DNA of 58,396 bases, filler included, from Sphacelaria rigidula (lineage: Eukaryota), in assembly GCA_964200075.2 (NCBI GenBank). It is 9 parts of 9 records of this genome, joined end to end, with 100 filler letters (N's around TTAATTAATTAA, not from the genome) between each part and the next. Parts side by side here need not be neighbours in the genome. Positions count along the whole stretch, not along the records: positions 6,501 to 12,900 come from CAXNAA020020308.1; positions 13,001 to 19,400 come from CAXNAA020020309.1; positions 19,501 to 25,900 come from CAXNAA020020310.1; 6 more parts are not named here. The stretch is one strand, 5' to 3'. A program made the position numbers and the translations under genes. Of this stretch, positions 11,742-23,150 are shown one piece after another (the stretch's first letter is position 1; the number at the start of each line of letters is the position of its first letter). Under the pieces are notes generated by a model, which saw only the letters and a list, made by a program, of their open reading frames with translations, ran no database searches and was not told the origin of the DNA.

Positions 11742-12900
11742 GGAGGGCGTTGCCGCGGAAGTCTCGAAATAGTCGACTGCAAAACGTTGTCGAAAACCTC
11801 ACGCTACCAACCTTGCCTTTGCCTTCGTTACAGTACCATTTGCGTCGGTCTTCCAGCTAAAAATCCACTTCGCTATAATCACGTTTGCTGCTTCCGGTAC
11901 AGGGCCAGTCGAAAATGTTCCAGCCTTTTCGTGACCTCCTAGCTCGGCCTGCATCGCGCCTGCCTAACCATGCCTCTCGAAATTCCGACTTGGCAATGTC
12001 ATCCATACTGGTTGGTGCTGCCCCTATCTTGCTTACGTGTAGTCCAACCGGTGAACGCAAACCGAATTTAGGCTGCCCTACCCTGTTTTCATCAGCAACA
12101 TAACAAAAAAACTCGTTTTCAGCTAACTCGTGTTGAGTCGAGGCTATTGCGTCTTGTCCGGCCACCTGTCCTGCTACCGCGGTGATCATCTCCATGGTTG
12201 AGCATTTGTCCTCCGCCATTGCCGCCAGCGCCATCTCCGCTTCCTTCTTGCTTTCCTCCGCTTCGCCAGCCACCAGCGTTTCGTCTCGTGCGTGTACCGA
12301 CCCCAATATCTCGCGCGTTTGGCTCCTCGTACGCCCCGCCATTGGTGTTGGTAACCGGTCAGCCCACGCAAGATGGCGTTGCTCGGTCCTCGGGAGTTGA
12401 GGAGCGTTACCGCCCCCCCCGCCATCTTGCGAGGGACCCGTGGAAGAGGGTGACAGTGCGGGCGACGAGGCAGTGTCCGATGCCAATGTGAGCGTCGGCG
12501 TAGGTGTCGGCGTCGGCGTAGGTGTCGGCGTCTGCACTGGTGTCTACGTCGGCGTAGGTATCGGCGTCTGCGCTGATGTTGGCGTTGATGATGATGATGA
12601 TGATGGTGGTGGTGATTCCGGCTCCACCTCACCCCCTCCGTTGACAAAATCTGGAACAGGGATCTCTGGTATCACCCCGCCTTCCCCCCCCCTCGCGGGG
12701 ACGATGAAGGGACTTCGCCCCCTCCACTACTGACGGGGATCTGCGGTGCTGCTCCGCCCCTCCCACCAACGGAAATCGGCGGGGAGGACGGCACGCTTGA
12801 GGAACCGCTGGACGAAGTGTCCACTGTCGAGCTTTTCGTCCTGTCTTCGAGCAATGCTACGGTAGGGGTGCACTTTTTTCGCGAAATGTTGTCTGGTTCA

Positions 12901-13000
12901 NNNNNNNNNNNNNNNNNNNNNNNNNNNNNNNNNNNNNNNNNNNNTTAATTAATTAANNNNNNNNNNNNNNNNNNNNNNNNNNNNNNNNNNNNNNNNNNNN
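12901..13000. other. Artificial contig linker
   Basis: Identical 100-nt linker. Confidence 0.98.
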
Positions 13001-13064
13001 GCCTTTCCGATCTCCCCCCCCGTGGTCAAACGACTTAGGCAAGCAACAAATGAGTACGCCCCCC

Positions 13065-13640
13065 CCCGTCCTAATATAGGGTACCCCCTCCCCCCCCCTG
13101 TCTCCTACCACGGCTCCAGAATGAGGTTTGGCGACCTGAAGGGGGCGTCGTGCCGTCATTTCCCGATGTGGGGCCCCTCGGCCCAGCGTGCAGCTGCTTG
13201 ACGCTTGACGTTGTCTCGTGTCTGACCGAGAAACAGCAGTTCGCAACTTATGGTCTATGGCTTACCGGGAAGCAAGTCCTGGACGTGTACTTGAAAACAG
13301 GCATGGTGGTGGCTGGGACTAGCGCGGGACGACCTAGCGGGAATTTGCCGAGAAATGGTTCGCGTCTCAGCGCCGGCTCTCTGCGGGCCCTTGCGAATGT
13401 AGGTCGACGGTGATAACACATAAAAGTTATTCTTCAATACAACTTTACGCTTCCGTGCAACGACACATTACCATACCCCGGGTGCGTGCGGCAGACCTTC
13501 ATTTTAGAGCCACATCTAACAAGGGCCCAGCCGAGACCACTCCGGTTTCACCGCCGCAATCCAAGACCGCAACGCCACAAAAACCGAAATAAATTGAAAT
13601 CGGAAGCGCTCTGGGCACAGGGAAATCTATCTAGTAATGC
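13065..13640 (+). repeat. Dispersed ~600-bp repeat, copy 1
   Basis: Highly similar to 20801-21480, e.g. GGCCCAGCCGAGACCACTCCGGTTTCACC and GGACGACCTAGCGGGAATTTGCCG. Confidence 0.85.
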
Positions 13641-14054
13641 TTCCGATAATAACTGGAAAAAAAAGAAGACGGCACGGGCGGTCCCTGCCATATGACTTCA
13701 GATAAGGAGGCCGTACAAAAGAGACATATATGAAGAACGGAAGCGAAACGGGACGGAATATACCGTGGGAGCAAGTTGCCGTTCAGCTTTTTGGAAGTCA
13801 TCATATATTTGGGCATGGGGACCCCCAAAGGAGCTTCGCAGGAGCGCCCTATACGTTTTGGTATGACGGATTGAATCATCTCTCCACTCCCGCATCACGT
13901 AGATTCTCGTCAAACGGTTTTTTTCGCTAGTCACGTCATAATCCAAACGTTTTCAAGCACTAAACGGCGAGAGGAGATCGTCTATTGAATGGGCATCAAT
14001 TTCACTTGACACAAACTATTCATGATCCAGATGGACTGCCCTCGCGGTCCAATG

Positions 14055-15677
14055 CAGTGGGGGGCTCTCATTAGTGCCGGTAAGTGCCCACCACGGACAC
14101 CGGCACTACTCAGAGAGCCCGGCACTACTCTGAAAAGTGTCAAAACAGGTGCAATCGAGGGCTCTGGATACCCCAGTAGTGCCGGTTCTGGCACTACTGA
14201 CGACCGTCCGTTCGTACAGTGCTACGCTTGCCCTTCGCGGGACCAACGGAAGCACAAAACGGACGAGGACCTTTGTTTCAAGGGGTTTCGATAGGATACG
14301 TCACGTAAGATTTCGGGGTAGCAGAACTAAACCCGATGTTTTTTTGTTTTTCACATTCAACTTGATTGATCCTGTTCACAGGTTGATCATTTCCTTCCCC
14401 ACTAGCACAACAGCAGCAATGCGACCACAAAAGTTGCTCATGCCGAAAGATCTTCCCGACAAGAAAAATATGGACACATCTGCACCCAACGCAACTATAA
14501 AGGTGCGGCATCTGGTGTGGAAAAAAACTCACGAAAGAGTACGCCGCCCACCAAAAGGGGTGAGCGAGAAAGAATGAACCACACCCTTTTTCACTTCCTA
14601 CCGGCTACCGAGACAAGGAGAGAGAGAAACAAACGACGTAAAAAACAACACGTACCGATGCAGCAAACTAGACACGACTCCTCCCGTGGCTGTGCTCGGG
14701 CGTAGATGCTACGGGCTACCCGATAGAAAACAACATCAGTAAAGCAACCACCAAAGAAACCACATATGACTGCATTGGCCCCCGCATCTCCCTCCTCATT
14801 TCGTCGGCAAAAACTCTCTCAAGTCTGCTTGGCGCGTTCGCTTGTTGGCACACGCTGCAATCATCTCCATCCTTGCTTCGGACAGGTAAAAGGCTGCGTT
14901 TGCATTCCCATTGTCCTGCGCTGCCCTCTCCAGGATGCCGAAGCGAGACGAGAGTTCACCGTAGGGCGGTGGGGCACCATTCCGGCTCCCCGTGCTCTCG
15001 TCGTCATCCTCCTCGTCCATCTTCTCCCGCTTGGCCTTGATCTTGCGAACCGTCCGTGCTGCGCACCCGAAGCGATCAGCGATCTCTTCGTGAGAAACCC
15101 GCTGGTCCAGGAGCTTCACGACCTCCATCTTCTTCTTGACGGTGAGCCGGGCGCGAGACGCGCCTTCACTCCCTGTTTTCGCGCATTTGCTTGTAGACTG
15201 CCCCGATCCAGCACCCTCGGATGAAACCTTTGAGCGCTTGCCCTTTTTTGAAGGCACTTGCTGCAGATGCGGTGCATTTCGTTGCCGTCAAACATGCTGC
15301 CGCAAATACCATGGAGCCTCCCGCCACATGTTCCCTGGCAACCGTGCCCATCACGACCTTCTGGCGTCGTGGCCTGCACCAGGCACACTTCACCTTCCAC
15401 ACAAGGCATGTTGTGTCCCTACGTTGCAAGGTCTGTACCAGCACGTACCCTACTGTACCCATATTGGTGCTTGGTTGGTGGGGCGTAAGGCGTGGGTGAG
15501 TGTGTCCGGAACCGGCACTGTTGAGGATACAAAACTGTTCGAACCAGAACTACTGAGGGTCATCGGTCAGTAGTGCCTAGCGGCACTACTGCGAGCTCTG
15601 GCTGTGCCCGGAGATTTCACCAGCATTATATAGATCGTTGTCACTATTCAACTGGCACTACTGAGAGCCCCACACTG
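14055..15677 (-). mobile_element. Internally deleted pogo/Tigger-like (Tc1/mariner superfamily) DNA transposon
   Basis: About 27-bp TIRs: CAGTGGGGGGCTCTCATTAGTGCCGGT and ACTGGCACTACTGAGAGCCCCACACTG. TA on the right flank, TG on the left. Repeated subterminal GGCACTACT motifs. Internal HTH-encoding ORF. Confidence 0.85.
14796..15257 (-). CDS. Truncated pogo-like transposase: CENP-B/psq-type HTH fused in frame to the C-terminal tail, no DDE domain
   Basis: RARLTVKKKMEVVKLLDQRVSHEEIADRFGCAARTVRKIK (HTH), an acidic stretch, then terminal RQADLREFL (PIP-box-like). The frame begins at GTG, so the true start or an upstream exon is unknown. Confidence 0.7.
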   Translation of the reverse strand: MPSKKGKRSKVSSEGAGSGQSTSKCAKTGSEGASRARLTVKKKMEVVKLLDQRVSHEEIADRFGCAARTVRKIKAKREKMDEEDDDESTGSRNGAPPPYGELSSRFGILERAAQDNGNANAAFYLSEARMEMIAACANKRTRQADLREFLPTK

Positions 15678-16342
15678 TAGCTTACAATAGGAAATCACGC
15701 ACTTGTTCGGAGATAACCGAAGAGCATCTGCCAGGATTCGAACACTCATATCCTCCGTCCAAGCACATTTCGGATTGGCTTCCTGTATTACTTACTGATT
15801 GATCATGGTACATTATTGACGGATTCACTACAAATTTCCAAGCTCTCGACAGGAAATTGGGCTCTGTCAGCGAATGCTATACTCTCAATCTCCCAAAACC
15901 TTGTTTTGATCGATCGATCTCCAGAATGAGCTGATCACAGTCCACAGTGCGAACCTGGCGCCAGTTGATGGGTGTCTGTGTAGGCGAAGTGAGTTTTGAG
16001 CTATCTCAGGTCTGTTGAGCAGCTATTATCTCCTGTTGCCCGCGACAGACAATTTCGCATTTTCGGACGGCATCTGTCGTGGATGTCAAAATTTCGAATA
16101 AGAATACCCTCTACACTCCTCCGCTAATGTGAAACACTGAACAACAGCCTGGATTCGTTTTTGAGGTTCAACATACTTCTTTGGACTAGTCATCGAGTTT
16201 TGAGCGCCTCGTGTTGAGTATCTGAGAGAGACTTCATACTGTTGCGCCGGCGACGACCGCCGTCAGCGAAACGATCGAATACGGTGACAGACGCCAGCGA
16301 TCTTTGAAACGCAGCATCATTCAGCAGTCTATACCAGCACAC

Positions 16343-17342
16343 CAGAGTTCAGCATCACTGCAGTACAGTCGTCTGTTGGATAAAATGGATGCCCCACAAT
16401 AAAGCTGCACACACACAACGAGGGTAAGGGTTAGTCCCACGCTTGGGGTTATTTCGCCAGTAGCGCCCATGCGACGCTTCATCCAGTCTGAACCAGCTAT
16501 CATGCCTTGTATGGGCACTTCCGCTGTGGCTGTGTTGAGAACTGGTTTCGTGGTGGGGCTGTCGAAAGATACCACTGTAGTGCAACGCGCTTGCAAAATC
16601 CGAGCCATTTTTTTCTTTTTCTTTTTTAATTTAGAACCCGCATCAGTTTGAGTTTGAATATCCCTCCTACCGGTCCCGAACGGGGTCTGAACTAGCGACG
16701 GAAAGTGCTGGCACCCTCTCCCTCAGATAAGGTTTGTGACAACCTCAGGGTTAGGATTAGACCCCAGGGGAAGTCCTGAAATGACGGATGGTTTTCTTGG
16801 AAAGCAGTCGTTCATTGTAACGGCTATAAAGCGTTCAAGCAAGGAAACTTCGATCTTGAACAGGGAAAAATGTACTACGATACCCCTGAATACTATTCTA
16901 CATGTTTCATTCCGAGCGATGTTCCCCAAATACCCCCACAGTTGTCACAAATCCTATCTGAGGGAGAGGGTGCCAGCACTTTCCGTCGCTAGTTCAGACC
17001 CCGTTTGGGACCGGTAGGAGGGATATTCAAACTCAAACTGATGCGGGTTCTAAATAAATAAATAAAGACGGCTCGGATTTTGCAAGCGCGTTGCACTAAT
17101 TCATAAAGTAGTATCGTTCGGCAGCCCCACCAAAAAACCAGTTCTCAACACAGCCACGGCGGAAGTGCCCATACAAGGCGTGATAGCTGGTTCAGACTGG
17201 ATGAAGCGTCGCATGGGCGCTACTGGCGAAACAACCCCAAGCGTGGGACTAACCCTTACCCTCGTTGTGTGTGTGTAGCTTTATTGTGGGGCATCCATTT
17301 TATCCAACAGACGACTGCGTATTGTAGTGATGCTGTACTCTG
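16343..17342. repeat. Large near-perfect inverted repeat (foldback): ~400-bp arms, ~200-bp spacer
   Basis: 16343-16743 is the reverse complement of 16941-17342 with few mismatches. An inner TA-CAGTCGTCTG...CAGACGACTG resembles Tc1/mariner termini. Confidence 0.92.
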
Positions 17343-17504
17343 CAGACCTTGGCTCCAACCCATCCAAATCACCATGAATTATCTTTTGCCGTCGTATATA
17401 TTGTAAAGTGCAAACACGGGACGCAGGGTACAAGGTGTCCAGTCCCCGTCACCTGAAAACCCCAACAAACTTATATCCTGTTCCTCCCCTTCACCTTTCG
17501 TTAT

Positions 17505-17890
17505 CGTGCAATCTCCACTTGGGATACGGGCATCTGAGGTGGGTGCCCATCTGTATCACATACCAGGTGGGCATCTGTATTGGGAATTGGACGTCTATCT
17601 GGGATATCAGATCTATCTGGTATATCCATCTCCCAGATGGTTATTCCAGGTAGATATCCCAGATGAACATCTACATCCCAGACAGGTGTCCATGGCCAAA
17701 TGGATATACATATCCCAGATGGATATTCCAGAGGGATATCCACATCCCAAGTGAATGTCGCAGGACACCCATATCCTCAAGGATCCACGTCCTAGTTGGA
17801 CATCCACCTGTGATATAGATATCCCAAGTGCACACGGGATATCCCAGATGGATATCCTAGATGGATGTCCCTATCCCAGATGGATAGGTT
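17505..17890. repeat. Degenerate GATATCCCAGATG-motif repeat in both orientations
   Basis: Multiple (C/T)ATCTGGGATATC and GATATCCCAGATGG motifs, switching orientation near 17625. Confidence 0.8.
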
Positions 17891-19400
17891 ACACGATAAT
17901 GCAAGGCTCGCTCAGTTTCGGCACCACACCCCCATTGTTTTCACTCGAGTCGAAAATTGGCCGGGAGTGGGGGGTAGGGGGAGTACTCTATACTCTATAC
18001 CCGGGTGATCAAGGTGGCAGACGTTGTCAGAAAATTCAGTTGGTCACGTGTTGATCGTAGGTTACTGGACTTGGGGCAAGGGTACACATAGACTGCTTTA
18101 TACAGAGTGGCGTGAGTTGACCGCGAGTAGGAAAGGGTGAACGGATGAAGTGATTTAAGTGATTTTAAACATCAGTGAGAAGGCTCCGTTCTGGGACCTC
18201 TGAGGACCCCACCGCACGCTATAGCAAATGTAGAGAAAACGTGTAGGAAAAGACCAGTTCTTCACATATCACGTCACCTGTGGACGTTGGAACCCTCCTG
18301 AAGCTGAAGCAATAGCTTGCAAACGTGTTCATACTGATTACCGACCAAATGCGAATGAAAGGGAAAGAGAACAAAAAAGACGGAGCGAGCGAAAAATGGA
18401 GCCGGTTGAAACGTATGGATCGTTATAGATTAGTTCATGGAAAATCATTATAGTCTTTCAACCTTAAATGGGCAGCAAATATTTCGAAGCATACATGAAT
18501 AAGAGAGGCGCTGATTTGTCATATTATCAACACCTCTCCTTCCGCGGGATAAATCCATAGTCTTAAGGAATCGATCAGTCGCTTCCCCATGGTACCTGCC
18601 CGAAACTCTCTCGTTGAGGATTGGATGAGCACTTCCGCGCCCCGTTAGCTCTCGTAGATTTTTCTGCGAGCCGCCTCCTCACGCTTTCAACGGTGGTAAT
18701 CAGATTCTGCGCGTGCTCACAAGCGCCGCATGTATTCATCAGGATTCGTCGAACCTGCAACATTTCCCCCTAGCTGGCTGTTGATGTACTCAATGAACCA
18801 CCGGGGCGCGGCGGGTGCTACACCGAGTAATGCTATACATTAGGGGCTGCACGTTTGGGCCTGAATCTCTCATTAAGGGGCTCCTGGAGTTAAGAGCTAC
18901 ACAACAATAATATGACTTAGAAAATTATCGTTTTCAAATCCATTCGAGATATCCCGAGCCCATTGGAATGCTAATCGTGGGGTGCTCTCGCACATATTGC
19001 ATACGTCGTTTCTTGGATGAGAGAAGGGGTTCGAGTCATGGCACGATAGGGGCGGGATCTTGGGCCGTTTTCTTCCACGAAATTCCAGTTGTAATCGTCG
19101 CTGATGATAGCAGCAACGGTTGTTCGAACGCACTTGCTCCCAATAAGTCATGCGCATTCATACTTCTTGACACCGCTTTTTCCCAAATACCAGCGCACCG
19201 CTAGAGCGTTACGTCGTCTGCAGTACTTATGATCCCATTTCTTTCGTGGAATCGAACCCCCCTCCCCCCTATCGTAGCATAACTCGTTCCCGCATCCCTT
19301 CGAACATAAGAAAACATTTGCGCAATGCTACGGTAGGGGTGCACTTTTTTCGCGAAATTTTGTCTGGTACAGGGGCACCTAACGATTCTAGACGCACAAG

Positions 19401-19500
19401 NNNNNNNNNNNNNNNNNNNNNNNNNNNNNNNNNNNNNNNNNNNNTTAATTAATTAANNNNNNNNNNNNNNNNNNNNNNNNNNNNNNNNNNNNNNNNNNNN
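19401..19500. other. Artificial contig linker
   Basis: Identical 100-nt linker. Confidence 0.98.
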
Positions 19501-20800
19501 AAGCTGGTTTCGTGCTGCACGACGCGACTGATTTGGGCGTTATAGCTGATTTCGGACTGCTACACGCCTCTCATGTGGTAGTTGCTGCAAACGAGCCCAA
19601 TTGTGGGATCGCAGCTGGTTCGTTGGATGGTGCCGGTGCACTTCTTGTGGGGGGGCTATCTCGGCATTAGTCTACTGGTTTCGATTTTTGGGGATAATAA
19701 CTTTGTCGAACATAAACCAAACGCATCTTGCTTCAAGGGGCACCTGGACACACAGCAGTTGCTGCTGCCTACCTCGTACCATCCTCCAAATCGAAATCTT
19801 GAGCGAGAACGCCCAGCGTTTGGTGCACATACACGAGGATGATTTACGTCGAGTATCATGCTCCAAAACGTACCCGACAAGGGGGCAACATCCCCGTGCA
19901 GACAGTAGTAATTCTAGCGGGTCCTACGTCCTGACAATCTGGCAGCCGGCAAGGTGGTTATGGTAGTGTCCTTCTAGCGATATCAACCTGCAGTGCACTG
20001 GAGCAGAGTTTGCAGGTGAATATACCGGTGATTGCCTCACCTGCAATTCGCCCAGATGTTGCGGATTTTGTTCACGATATCACTGAGTAACCTCGCATAC
20101 ATTTATATGTGGGAATGCACCAGGCCCTCCGTTATTTTATGAGTCGAGATGTACCAGACCCCTTGTAGATGGAAATGTACCTAACTGTGGACAAAATACA
20201 TCTATAGCCAGTACGAACACGATGTTGAAAGTGTACTGCGCACGGTCAGTGTGTTGCGTGTGTTGTTGTCCCATCTATCCTAGATGCCGGTCTCCACCTT
20301 TCGGTATATGAGGGCGCACCAGCCGCTACTGTGTTACCATACAGCTTCGACCAAGATACAGGGAGCCACTACAGCTGCGGAAGCGGCCTTTCTCTTCTGC
20401 GTGCGCCACCTCGGGCAAACACACGCTGTAGCTGCAACACGGACATCTTTACAAAATGTGACGTAGCGATATAGCGCGTAGCGAGGGGTGATATCCCGCG
20501 TACACGTCGGCCGCAGGTACAAGCGGCTGCATTCACGATGTGGCGAACCGCATAGGACAACGCGAAGTCAATGCAGGACAGGGATAGGCTAAGAATGACA
20601 CGTACTGCGGTGTGCTTTGTCACCCTGCCACTGTGCAGTGAGCAGGTAGTACCGCCGAACGCGTCACGCTGCGGTTGGTACGCAGTGTCGAACACAGCAG
20701 CAAGCACCACATTTTATGTATCGTACTTGTACATAGATCTTTGCTCTGAAGAGCGATGCGCGTACACACAGCAACTACTATCGTTATTATCCATTGATCA

Positions 20801-21480
20801 GGGGGGTACCCCCCTCGTCAAATAGGGTACCCAGGGGTCCCCCCCGTCCCCCTCTACGGCCCTAGAATGAGGTTTGGGCGACCTGGGGGGTGGTGGTGCC
20901 GTCATCTCCCGATATGGGCCCTCTCGGCCCAGCGTGCAGCTGCTTGAAGCTTGATACTGTCTACCGTCTGCCCGACAAACAACGGTTTGCAACTTATAGT
21001 CTATGGCATATCGGGAAGCAAGCCATGTACGTGTACTTCAAAACAGAAATGATAGTGGCTGCGACTGACTCGTGCGGGACGACCTAGCGGGAATTTGCCG
21101 GGAAACGGCTCTCGTCTCAGTGCCGGCTTGCTGCAGGCCTTCGCGAATGTAGGGCGACGGCGTAACATGACCACGACTGATTGATTAATCGATTGATTGT
21201 CGCACTTTAACTGACCCCCAGGGGCCCAGCCGTGGTCTCGTCATATACGTACCCGAGACAAAACTAAACTAACACACACGCTATATTAATGCTTCAATAC
21301 AACTTTATGCTTCCGTGCAACGACACCTCACCATACCCCGGGTGCGTGCGGCAGACTTTCATCTTAGAGTAGAAGGGCCCAGCCGAGACCACTCCGGTTT
21401 CACCGGCGAAATCCGAGACCGCGACGTCACAAACACCGAAATAAATTGAAACTGGAAGCGCCTTGGACACAGGACAATCT
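20801..21480 (+). repeat. Dispersed ~600-bp repeat, copy 2 (about 120 bp longer internally)
   Basis: Collinear with 13065-13640 except for extra sequence at about 21165-21290. Confidence 0.85.
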
Positions 21481-22339
21481 ATAAACTACAATTATCTTGA
21501 CAACGCCAGCGAAGGCGGGCCGATCGCTAATAACAACCCACAGAGGAACAAAACACAGCGCGTTCATCCCATGCTCTCTACCTACGAGCTTCGATGTAAA
21601 AATATGTTGTCTGCTAATGATAGTTCGAAGGTTTCCAGAGGACGGGTGGATCTTTTTTCAAGGAACAGGTGGGGCTGATGGGATGAAGAAAGTTTCTCGT
21701 ATCAACCACGCATGATTCCAGATTATACTTTCAATTCGGCAACAGGCCTGAACGGGAGGGGTGTGCCTATTTCGATGATTGTGATTGGCTGCTGAGTACA
21801 TCATGCTACCGTTCAGGTGAACACTACTTGACCATACTATACACCGCAGTAACATCGTACTTTACCAGACTGACGATCACGTCACGACCGAAACACACGA
21901 AGAAAACACTTGAGGAGGCGTTTGTTTCCATAAGTAGGACCGGGTACATCCGCTGGCATCTCCCACAAGTGCCTCGATCGGTACTTGGAACCCGTTGGCG
22001 CCATTTTTGCCTTGAGCACCTACTTTTCTTCGTTTATGCTGTTGAAGAGGAAAGCGTGGATGAAGGATCTCGGCCAGAGCAGAGCAAGCAGTACGACGTA
22101 TTGATGTTGTATGCATGCTTACTCGACGTCTTAATATGACAAGCATTTGAAGTGAAGACACGGTACCCCGGACAACAAAGAACTGGATAGCTGTCGATTT
22201 CAACCGCATCACTAGTTATTCGACGTCGTTGTGTTCTCGATAAGAGAGGGTCTCCTCGAAAATGGGGTTCAACGTCGCGGGGAGGTTGAATATCCGTTCG
22301 GATTTTCGCCATTTCCACCACACCAAGTAGTTTTAATCT

Positions 22340-23150
22340 TCCGTCTAGCACTGCTGCTATGCTGCTGCTGCAACTACTTTTGCGGTACATGCGAATTTTG
22401 TTCATGACTGGCCGGGTCCAACAGCTTTCGCTTCCTTCTTGAAATTAAATTGACATCGTCATAACGGGTGCTGACCCTTTGTGTGCATATATATGCTGTG
22501 CGCGCGTCTTACACAAACAAACCATCGTTTATCATGGAATTCCGAACATATTAGTACATGGTACACACCACGTGCTCAGCTGATGAGCAGCTGCGGCTCA
22601 AGCTGTATGCTTTTGGTTTGCGAGAGCAGTCAGTTCCTCAGGTTCACTTCCGATTGTCTTAGGTTGTGTCAAGCCTTGCATGTGCCCCCGTCAACGGGAT
22701 ATTCATGGTCCTCTTCGGGCTGAAAACGAGGCGAACGAACTTAATTGTGGAATCGGCATCATGTTCATTTGAGAATTAGAAGACAAGAGAGAGGTAAAAG
22801 TTGTGCCACCGCTCTCCATTGAGCACAACAGTCTACCTCTCGGGGTAGGGCTTGCACACCTCGAGCGTGTTTTCATCTTGCACGCGTGTCCCATCGTCTC
22901 AATTGGACTTCCTTTTCCCCTGTCTCTGCATTGCTGCTGCAGCTGCTGCTACTACTTTCGTACTGTAGATGGGAGGTTTCATGACTGGCCGGATGCAACG
23001 GTTTTCACTTTTTTTAAAAATTGAATCGGCATAATAATCCAAACGGGCGCTGACCGCGTGTGTGCGTGTGCGCACGTCTCACACAAACCGCCGTTTGTCA
23101 TCGAAATCTGAACAGATTTGTGCAAGTTCATGCACCACGTGCTCAGCTGA
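22340..23150. repeat. Two diverged direct copies (about 22340-22585 and 22925-23150)
   Basis: Both run (CTG)n-CTACTTT...CATGACTGGCCGG...GCTGACC...CACCACGTGCTCAGCTGAT. Confidence 0.75.

Larger units (their letters stand above)
10018..12850 (-). mobile_element. Ty1/Copia LTR retrotransposon, 3' half (linker, RT, RNase H, PPT, 3' LTR); decayed
   Basis: RT motifs KARLVA*GFRQ, DVTQAF, LEKSIYGIKQAGRQW and HVDDILI. RNase H motifs LSTTEAEYVA, YEDNEGA and RSKHIDVRYHFIRE. Premature TGA near 11800 and a frameshift near 11960. The 5' part is interrupted near 12852 and cut by the contig end. Confidence 0.95.

Noticed and set aside
10557..12733. Plus-strand ORFs over the Copia element (and minus-strand ORFs over TRM61 exon 6)
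   Set aside because: They are antisense shadows of real coding sequence.
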